From IMG/VR virus record IMGVR_UViG_3300023109_001684: a stretch of 64,000 nucleotides of DNA; one strand, written 5' to 3'. The position numbers and the translations under genes are program-made. Below are positions 46,801 through 58,800 of this stretch, piece by piece (positions within the stretch are counted from its first letter, which is position 1; each line of letters begins with the position of its first letter). The notes under the pieces were generated by a model, which saw only the letters and a list, made by a program, of their open reading frames with translations, did not search any database and was not told the origin of the DNA. This DNA is from a virus.

Positions 46801-49800
46801 CCAGGCGATATTATTGAAATCTATGAATATGAATCAACTGATGGATGCTATGTTCCAGCAACTCCAACTAAGTTAGGTTTATACCCTAAGTACCAGCCTA
46901 AGATTTTTACTGATAATACATACATTGAACCAGTAACAATGATTCAAGGACACGACGGAAGTATTGTTAAAGCATATGACGATTTTAGAGATGATTTAAT
47001 ATTAGAACTAGAATTAAGAATTTTTAATAATTTAAAACAAGCGTATAATACTAACCTACTAGACATACATGATTTTATTGGCGGCGAATATAGAGATACT
47101 AAGTTTACTAAAAAAGCTATAGACAAATCTTATACTGCTGACTTTATACAATGGACTACACTTGCTGGTAATCCTGATTATACTTCAAATGAATATTATA
47201 TTGAAGGTAATAGTTTTACATATAATTACAAAACTATGATTTCACCACAAGGTAATCAGTTACCAGGTTGGTGGAGACAGGTTTATATACAAGCATATGA
47301 TACTGATCGTCCTCACACACACCCTTGGGAAATGTTAGGATTTACAATAGAACCAAAATGGTGGAAAGATGAATACGGTCCTTCACCATATACTAGAAGT
47401 AACACATTACTTTGGGAAGATTTACAAAACGGTATAATTAGAGATCCGTCTTCCGCAATAAAATCAAATAAAAAATATTCAAGACCTGGGCTAGTAAACC
47501 ATATTCCTGTAGATGACACAGGAGTATTATTAAGTCCATTAGAAAGTAACTTTGCACAAAATTATGTTGCTGGTCCTACAAAAGAATTATTTGGATATGG
47601 TGACGGCAACCCAGCAGAAACAGCATGGAGAAAATCAGCTGAATATCCGTTTGCAGTGTTACTAAGTTGGGTATTAAATCAACCTGCTAAAGTACTAGGT
47701 ATAGGCTTTGACATTAGTCGTATCAAACGTGATTTAGTTGGAAACCTAGTATCAACAAAAACTAATAACTGTATTAGATTAAAAGATATTGTATTTCCTA
47801 ATACAGTAAAAGATAATACCCGTCAGACAACTAGCGGATTAGTAAATTTTGTTTATAATTATCTTGCAAGTAATACTACTTCAAATTATAAATCATATCA
47901 AAATTTAATATCAAATATTAATAATAGAATATCTTTAAAAGTAGGCGGATTTACTGAGCAAGAAAAATTTAAATTAATACTAGATTCACGTACACCTTTA
48001 AATAAAGGAAATGTATTTGTCCCGCAAGAAAACTATAAAGTATTTTTAAATAGCAGCTCACCTGTTACTACGATAAGTTATAGCGGAGTTATAGTTGAAA
48101 AACAGTCTAACGGATTTATTATTAGAGGATATGATAGAGAAAAAGCAACTTTTGAGTACAAACAACCATTTGTAAGAGCAAATGATCCTAGTATTAACAT
48201 AGGCGGCATAAGCGAAACATTTGTTGAGTGGAGTGAAAGAAAACAGTATGTTAAATCACAAAATGTTAGATTTTCTGGATCATTTTATAGATGTAAAGAA
48301 AGTCATGTAAGTGGAACTACGATAGATGTAGAAAAGTTTCAACAGATTGCAACACTTCCACTTATAGGAGGTAGCTCTGCAATACTTAGAAGAGAGTTTA
48401 CAACACGTGAGTTATCTATACCTTACGGAACATTACTAAAAACTCGACAAGAAGTAATTGACTTTTTACTAGGATACGAAGCAAGCCTAGTTGAAAAAGG
48501 ATTTGAGTTTAACTATTACAATGATGAGCTTAGTCAAGTGTCAAATTGGAGCTTGTCTGTAAAAGAATTCTTATTTTGGACTACACAGAATTGGGCAGCT
48601 GGATCAGTTCTGTCATTAAGCCCAGCAGCTTCTGAAATAACATTTTCAAAAGATTATTGTGTAGTTGACGATATATTTGATAAGTTTTACGATTACTCGT
48701 TGTTTAAATCAGACGGTACAAGACTTGACAAATCGTTTACTAGTATTGTAAGAGATAACCAAAATACTTTTGGAATATTACCAAAGAATACGCAAGACGG
48801 CATTTATCATATAAAATTACCACTTGTTCAAAAAGAACATGTAGTTTTACTAGATAACGAAACAGTATTCGGCGATGTAATTTATGATCAACCTGCAGGT
48901 TATAGACAAGAGCGTATTAAAGTTGTTGGATATAAAAGCGACGGCTGGACAGGCGGCCTAAACATCCCTGGATTTGTTTATGACGAAGCTATTGTAGATG
49001 AGTGGACAAGTTACAAAGATTACTCTATTGGCTCATTAGTAAAATATAAAGAATTTTATTATGTAAGCACAATTGATCTTACTGGAGTTGAAAAATTTAA
49101 TGAAAATGACTGGGAGCGTTTAGATGAACGTCCTCAGCCAAAGATGTATCCTAACTTTGATTATCGAATTAATCAGTTTGCAGACTTTTATGATTTAGAT
49201 AGTGATAACTTTGATGTTGAGCAACAAAAACATGCACAGCATTTAATTGGCTACCAAAAAAGACAATACCTACAAAATATCATTAACGATGACGTAAGCC
49301 AATATAAATTTTATCAAGGAATGATTCAAGATAAAGGTACTATAAATTCTTTAGATAAGTTATTTGATGCGCTGAGTAGTGCAGATAAAGATAGTATAGA
49401 CTTTTATGAAGAATGGGCTATTAGAGCAGGTCAGTACGGTGCTACTGATAACTTTAATGAAGTTGAATTTATTATCGACGAAGACAAAATTAAAATAGAT
49501 CCGACTACGGTACAACTAGTAAAAAGTATACCAGCAAATGATACAGACGATATTTACAAAATTATACCAAATGATGTTTATTACAGGCCTAAAGATTATA
49601 ACCATAAGCCTTTCCCAACAACAAATGCACCCCATATTGGTGTTAAGACTTCGGGATATGTAAATGACAAAGATGTTGTATACAAAGTAAAAATTAAAGC
49701 AGATTTACTTCAAAGTCTTCCTAGCTCAATTGGAATTAGTGATTATGTATGGATAACTGGAACTACAGAAGACTGGGACGTACTACAACATATCACTACA

Positions 49801-52800
49801 GATTACCACGTAACATCAATTGAAGGATTTACTGAACTAGTTGATGCAATTGATCGCAGTGCTAGTCCAGCTGTTAAAATTACATTTGATAGAACTACTA
49901 ATTTTATTCCTGGTGATATTGTTGGCTTACAACAAGTTGGTAATGGTAACTGGGGTTTTTATCAAATAGAAGAAATTAATAATACAGTTGCAATTGCAAG
50001 CGTACAAGACAGAACATTAGTTAATGATTCTGAAAACTTAAACGGATATGTAAGTATTCTTAGAAGTGTTAGAGCTTCGTCATTAGATGAAGCAAACTTA
50101 ATTTTAGAAAAATTTAAATTACATGACCAAGTAATTTGGTTAGACGGCACATCTAATAATGACTGGAAAGTTATAAAGAGGCAAGAAACGTTTACTGATT
50201 ATAATGTAATTGACAATCCGTACTTGGTTGCTACCGAAACTAACTTTAGCAATAGTATGGCAACTAGTTTAGGAAATACAAACTTATTAGTTGGCGACGA
50301 GACAGTAGAAGACGGTGTTGTGCATTTCTATTCAAGAGCAAGCAGTTCAAATAATTTAAGAAATATGGGTGAGCTTACTCCTGAAACATCGGCAGTATTT
50401 GGGATTGGTGTTACTAATGCAAATCCAGGAGTAGTTACAGCAACAGACCATAACTTACAATCAGGAGAGTTAGTAAGATTTAAAGAAGTTTCTGGAATGA
50501 CTGCGCTAAACAATCTTGAATTTTACGCAAACGTAATTAATGAAAATACTATCTCAATGTACAGTGACGTCGGATTAACACAATCTATTGATACTACATC
50601 ATATGGTACATTTATAAGTGGGCTTATACTTAAATCCAACGGCTATAGTTTAAAATCAAACTTTGGTCATGATGTTGCAATCAGCCCAGATGGTAAGTTA
50701 GCAGTAGTTGGTGCACCAAATGCAACTAACATTTCAGATAATATCAAAGGTGATTTTAGAGAAGCTGGACCTGTTGGAGTTGCAGATGCTGAATATAAGA
50801 CAGGTGACATTGTTAAATATAATGAAAATTATTGGAAAGCAGTAAGAAATATTCCTGCTGAAAATAATGCAATAGAATTTAGTACATTTGACAGTTATGC
50901 ATTTTTTGAAGAAACTATACAACCTTTACCTGAAACGTTAGTAATTAATTTTCCTTTAAAAGATGACGGTATTACAGTTGATCAACTTGGATCTTTTGAA
51001 CAAAAAGAAATTGTAAACGTACAGTCTAATAATGTATCAGCTATCGTTGAAGATATACAAATTATACTTAATGGTTCTGGTAACAAAGTTGGCGAACGTT
51101 TAACACTATCATCACCAACTGGAGACATACAACAAGGTGATCAAATAGTAGGTAAAGAATCAGGTGCTTCAGGTATAATTAATACTTTAGAAGAAGCTGC
51201 ACCAGTTAACATTAATAGCAGACAACTTACATTGATATTACAAGGTAATCCTTATTTGCCAAATAGTGTAACTGATCATATTCTTGTAAGAGCTCCATTA
51301 GATCAATACAGGGCAACAAAACCTCAAGATAAGATAGTACTTGGCTGGAATCGTTATACAGGATTTAATAGAGCATCTGATCAATATACAAGTACTGAAT
51401 TATTTACTAATAGTATTTCATTAAACAATACTGGACAACCAGACAGTAATAACAAAACATACGTTGCACCAAGATCTAGTTTTATTAATAATGAACATGA
51501 AATAATACATAAAGTTGATCATGTACTTTACATTGTAAATCCGTTAATTGTACCAGAAGTAAATGATACTGTTGATTGCTCTACTGGATCTGCAAAAGTT
51601 GTAAAGGTAATTTCTAAAGTAGACAGATTGGTAGTTTATATAACAGAAACTAATGGATTTTTCCCAACAGATTCTACAGTATCGCTAGAAAGTGTTGTTA
51701 TTGGTGATTACACTCAACCAAACAATACGACAAATAACGGCTTAGGCGGCTTTTGGTATATAGCAGCAGAAGCTGACGGTTACTATAATGGTAACGAATT
51801 TTCAGATCTAAGTAAATTTGGAATACCTGCGTATGGCTTAGTATATAAAGATGTACTAGTATATGACGAAACTAATGATAGCTATAGTAGTACTAACAGA
51901 TTTTACTACAATAGTTTAGATAATGTCGGAGCAACACCAAATAAAGAACCTGGACATTTACAAATACTTTCACATAGAGGCGATGCATACGATGCAGTTT
52001 CAGGTGTAAGAGATATTAAAGACAGCAGATGGATAATTAGAGCTCCTGCTGCTGCGTCCTTTAGTGAAGACGACGAGTTTAGAGTTTGGATTAATACTGA
52101 AGAAGGAATTAACGATTTATCTAAATTAGATGGTCAAACAGGTGATCAAGTTGTACTTAAAGTAAACAACAATGAGCATAATGATTTGCCTCATATAGTA
52201 AATGATATTTGGGACGGATATATTGATATCTTATTAACAGCAAAACAAACTGCTGACATTGATGTACCAAGTGACATTGATACTGATATAAGTGATTATT
52301 TTGAACCTAGTGTAGGTGATTATATCGAAGACGGCGTTACAGGCGCTAGAGCTCAAGTTGTACATTACATTAAAAGAAATATTGCTGATGTAAGAGTATA
52401 TGTTAAAGATATTACAATTACAAATACAGGATTTCAAAATAGAAATGATATTAGGGTTGATTTTACGCCGTATAGTTTAGGGCGTAGACCAATGGGTCAA
52501 ATACAAAAAGTAAGTATTGCAGGCACAGGACATGATTCATCTTTAGGCAAATTCTTAGTCGTAACTGCAAGTACAGCACCTAAGTTTTATGATAGTTCAG
52601 AAAACCCAGCTGGATATACACCTGAAAATTACTTTAATTCTAATCCTAGTTTGTTTACGTTTGATCCACATCCTGATAGTTATGGTTCAACAGACGCTAC
52701 TAAAGATTTAAATGTATTTGGTTATATAAACAAAGAATATTGGATATATTCTGAAAAAACAGACGAAGCAGGAGCAACCCTATCTGCTAGTTATCCTGCT

Positions 52801-55800
52801 TCAACAAACAGAGATTGGACATTAACAAACAATATTCCTATAATTGGTACTGGAACTTCAGGATTTTATAATAATTCTGGTGTGTTTATGGTATACACTA
52901 AAGCAGGAACAGAATGGCAACGTCGAGGAACGTATACAGTTCCGGTTACAACTAATAATGCAGAATATAATCCTGCAAGTCCTCAAACTACAGTTGAGCA
53001 ATTAGGTAAGCAAGTTGAAATAAGCCAAGAAAAAGATTTGTATAGAATATTTGTAAGTTCTAAAGATAAAGTTTTTGTTATTAAACACGGTGTTGACAAT
53101 AATGATATAGAATATAATTTTGCGTTAGACATTGATAATAGATATAGAGGAACGTATAGTACATTAGTTCCTTATGCAAAAGACGAAATTGTATTGTTTG
53201 AAGGAAATTTATATCAGTCTAAAACTTTTAGTTTTGCAGTTCCAACAACTAATACTAATAATTGGATACTACTTGATCAAAACATACAAAACAATTTCTT
53301 TGTACCTAATACAAACGTTGGTAACATATATTCAGATACGTTGTTTGATAGTGTAGATACTGTACTAGACTTTAGTAAAGATATGGCAGTAAGTGAAGAT
53401 GGTCAAGTACTAGTTATAAGTATACAAACTAATACTACATCGGATGCAGATAATAAAGTTGTAATTTATAGATTAAATTCAGAAGGTAGATATATTTGGA
53501 GCCAAACACTTGTTGCACCAACAAGTAATACACAATGGGCATCAAGTATCGATGTTACTCCTAATGGTAATACACTAGTTGTTGGAGATCCCGGAAATGA
53601 CGATAACGGATATGATACCGGTAAAGTATATGTTTACACTCGCATTGGTACAAGTTTCGTACTTACTGACACATTAATTGGAAACGAAACTGAATTAGCA
53701 AGAAAGTTTGGTACAAAAGTAAGTGCTACAGAAGATATCATTGCTATATCATCGTTCAACGGAGATATAACAGCTAATACTACATATGATGATGATACGA
53801 CAATACTTGATAATAGATTTACTAAATTTGTTAATACTCAAATTGATAGCGGAAGTGTTACACTTTACGAAAAATTTGATAACGGGTATATATTTGCTGA
53901 AGAGCTAGAATATAGTAATATAAAATCTAGCAGATTTGCTGAAACTTTATTAATAAACAGAAATCATATTTACGTAGGCTGTGCAGGACAACCTGCATCA
54001 GAAGATGTAATAAACGATGGACAAGTTATTAATTATATTTCACCAAAAGGAACAAAATCTTGGAATGTTATCCGCTCAGCTAATCCAGTTGTTGATACAA
54101 CTAAAATTAGAAAAGTATTCTTATACAATAGAAAAACTGGACAGCTAGTTAAAAATCTAGACTATGTTGATATACATCAAGGAAAAATTCCAGGTCCTGC
54201 AGAACAAGAATTAACTTTTAAAAGTTCTATTGATCTTGCAAAATATAATGTTACTTCTGATATTAATATATTTAATGATACTGATAATTGGGAATCTAAT
54301 TATGTAGGAAAATTATGGTGGGACATTAGTACCGCTAGATTCCATAACCATTACCAAGGAGAACCATTAGAGCAAGCACAAACATGGCACTCAATGATTA
54401 GTACATATTCTATAGATGTGTATGAATGGGTAGAAAGTAGTTTATTACCTTCAGAATGGGACGCACAGGCCGATACACCAGAAGGGTATGCTAAAGGAAT
54501 AAGTGGACAAACAAAATACAGTGATGCTGCTTACTCACAAAAATTAACATATGATAATGTTAGTAAATCTTTTGGCACAAAGTATTTTTATTGGGTTAAA
54601 AACAAACTAACTATACCTAGCGATCAAAGTAGAACTATAAGTGCTGGTCAAGTATCTTCGTTAATAGGAAATCCAAAAGCTCAAGGATATCAATTTGCAG
54701 CATTATTAAGTAATGATAGATTTGTGTTATATAATTGTCAAAGTCTTTTCAAAGACGATGATATTGTATTGCATGTTGATTATTATACACTTGATAATCA
54801 AGAACAGAATATACATACACAGTATCAATTAATATCACAAGGATTAGAAACTAGTGAACCGTCTGCTGAAATATCACAAAAATGGATAGACAGTTTAGTA
54901 GGATACGATGTCCAAGGACGTCATGTTCCAGATAACGATTTAACAGTTAGAGAAAAGTACGGAATAAACTATCAGCCAAGACAAAGTTGGTTTATTAATA
55001 GACATGAGGCTTTAAAACAAGTTGTCGAAAGAGCAAATTCTGTATTAAAAGAAAATATTATAGTTGATGATTTTGATTTTACAAGATTGACAAGTAAAGA
55101 TACTCCACCTAGCACATATAAAAGAGAATACGATGTTGTAATTGATACAATTGATGATTTACAATTTGTTGGAACAGCAAAGGCAAGACCTGCGATTGTT
55201 GATTTAATAGTTAATGAAGGTGTTGTTACTAGGGCTCGAATACTAGATAGAGGCAGATCGTACAAAGATATTAACGGTACACTTAAAGGACCGTCGTATA
55301 ATATTGTAGGTGCAGGATCAGATTTAGAAATTGCTACTACAATTAATAATATTGACGGCAGTCTAGCATCGATAGAGATTTTAAATGGCGGCACAAATTT
55401 TGAAGATACTACTCAGTTATTATTTAGAAAGTTACGTGTACTAGTTAATAATGACGAAACAGCAAACGGACGTTGGTCAATATATGAGTGGAATCATATA
55501 GATTTAATATGGGAAAGAGTACAAGTACAGTCTTATAATACTGGTAATTATTGGAACTATACAAATTGGTTTGCAGCAGGTTACAATCAATTTACAACTA
55601 TAAACCATTTAGTTTCACAAAGTTATGAACTAGAAAACGTTGACGATAGAATCGGAGATATAACTAAGATTAGTAACATTGGTTCCGGCGGTTGGTTATT
55701 ATTACAGAAGACTGCTGACACAGGCAGTAGAAATTACACTGACGATTATACTACAATTGGTCGTGAAAATGGAACGATTGAAATTGATCCAGCTGTTTAT

Positions 55801-58800
55801 ACAGTTTCAACTAATGCATCGGGATTTGATAGTTTTACATTCGACGGCAACTTTTATGATAATGAACCAAATGTTGAAATTAGAAACATATTAGATGCAC
55901 TAAGGTATGATATTTTAGTAGATAATTTAAGATCTGAGTATAATGAATTATTTTTCAGCAGTATACGTTATGTACTAAGTGAGCAACCTAATGTAGATTG
56001 GGTATTCAAAACTAGTTTTGTTAAAGCAAAACACAATGTAGGTGAATTAAGAGAAGACATTACATTTAACAACGATAACTTACCAAGCTATAATGAGTAT
56101 ATTGAGGAAGTAAAACCTTATAAAACAAATATTAGAGAATATCTAAGTTCTTATGAAAGAACTGACAATACTAATACTCTTACATCAGATTTTGATGTAC
56201 CGCCGATTTATCAAGACGGTAAAATAGTTCCCAGCAATTTAAAAGTTAGAGGTAATCAATTTATTGGATCTGAAGGAAGATTTAATGAATACCCTGATAA
56301 GAATTGGTATGATAATGCAGGTTATAAAATTACTTCGGTAGAAATTTATGATGGCGGCAACAGTTACACTTATCCACCTAAGGTGATCTTTGAAGGTGGC
56401 GGCGGCACAGGTGCAGTAGCTCATTCATATATTGCTAGAGGAAAAGTTAATAAAATTGAAATAACTAATCCTGGCAGCGGCTATACTAGTGCTCCAACAG
56501 TAATTTTAGAAGGTAGTGTTCAAGATGGCGGAGAAACTGCTATTGCTACTGCAATATTAGGCGAAACACTCACAAAAACAATGCATGTTGCAATGAAGTT
56601 TGATAGAACGTCAAAAACTTTTGTATATAACGTATTGCCTGAAATAGAAACATTTACCGGTACTGCTGCAAAATTAGTATTTGATTTAAAATATCCAATG
56701 GATCTTAGAACTAATAAACTTGAGATTATTATAGACGGAGAAAAACAATTAAGAAGTCAGTACACATATGAAAACGTAAAAGATACTACTAAGTCCTATA
56801 CTAGATCGTTAGGACGTATTAATTTTGTAACTCCCCCTGCACTTAACAGTGTAATAACTGTAAGTTATTCTAAAGATGTTAGCATGTTAAATGCAGCTGA
56901 TAGAGTAACTAATTTTTACGACCCAACTACAGGTATGTTAGGCGCTGAATTATCACAAGTTATGACAGGTATTGATTTTGGCGGTGTTGAAGTACGTAGC
57001 TTTGATTTTGATACTGAGTCAGGATGGGACACTGATGGATGGTTTACAACACCATGGGACACATATGATAATACATATGAAGATCATGTTTTTTATGCAG
57101 ACGGTACAACTATTATAATTGAGTTAGATAGTGCATTAGAAGACGGTGTTACATACAATATATACAGAAATGGTGTTAGAATAGATGATTCTAATTACCC
57201 AGCTAATCCTACAAATCCTAATGCTATTATGACTTCGATTGTAGGAGACGGCCAACAAACGTTGATAAATCTCGCAGAATTAGGTATAGATCTAAATACT
57301 GACGATATCTTAATTGTACGCAAAATTACAAGTGAAGGTACAGTAAATCCTGATACTGATAGTTATGATACACAACTTAGTGGCGGCCAATTAAATTATG
57401 GTAATGCCGGCGGAACAGCTTCTGAAGATATTATAGTAGACGGAGACTTATTTGTAACTCCGAACAACGCAGCTGGCACTGAAGAACTAGTTGCAGGACA
57501 AGTACTAGATACAGTAGATATAAAAGTATTTGAAAGATCAGGTACTGGCACAGGACAAATATATAGCCAAAACTTTATTACAGACGGCACAACAGTTTAT
57601 GATTTAGTAATACAACCAAATAGTCCTGATGCAGTTATTGTTAAGATTAACTCTAATATAGTCCATGACTATACTATAGATCTTAAACAGAATACATTAA
57701 CGTTTACATCAGCACCTACTGTAGATCAACTATTAACAATTTTAACAATTGGTAAAAACGGACAAAATATATTAGATATTGACTCTCACGTTGCTGACGG
57801 TAGTACTACTATTTTTGAAACAAGTGTTGCATGGCAAGATGATCTTCAAATTGTTACTACAATAGACGGAGAAGCACATTCACCAGAAGCAGTAAATGCA
57901 CGTAAGAGTGCTAATAATCGAGTAGAGTTTGAATTTACAGTTAGTACAGAAGCAGGCTCCACACTAGAGTATGAAATTTATAGTAACAAAGATGAAATTA
58001 ATTATAGTAAAGTTGCTAAATCTGTATTAGTAGCAACAGGCGGCACTAAAACATATACGTTACCTGTAACTCCGTTGTATAGTAAGCCTGAAGGATTTTA
58101 TACAATAGTTGAAGTTGACAATAAAGTGTTAATGCCAGGATATAGTAGACAGTTTACTATAGACAGCCCGTTAACAAGAGAATATGAATTTGAAAAATTC
58201 CAAGTAGCAGTATCTACATTACAACCGTCATTACTTAAAGTTTATCTCAACGATACATTATTAAACCAAGGAACACAATATCTTGTAAACATTGGTAATT
58301 CAAGTATTATACTTGATCCGGGTATATTAAAATTAGGTGATAAGCTCGAGTTGTTTACAATGGATTTAGCTGATTACATAATTGAAGGTAATGTGTTAAC
58401 ATTTACAGATAACTTTGCTGGACCACAACAAGACGATATAATTAATGTTTACACATTTAGTAATCACGGTGTTAACGAAATAGAAAGATATTCGTATACA
58501 GCGTTAGCACGTAGTAGTTTAACTGTAGGAACAGATGAGTTTACTCGCTTCCATAGTATTTTAGGAGGTAAGATTAGACTTAATGATCCTGCTATAGCAT
58601 CGCAGTACGTTTGGACAATTATAAACGGTGAACTATTACAACCAAATGTTGATTATTCATTAAGTGATGACAAACAGCATGTAATACTTAATACCCAATT
58701 AACAGAAAATGACACTGTAGATGTTATACATTTCTCAGCTCCATTATCTACACCTAAAATTGCATGGAGACAGTTCCAAGACATATTAAACAGAAATATG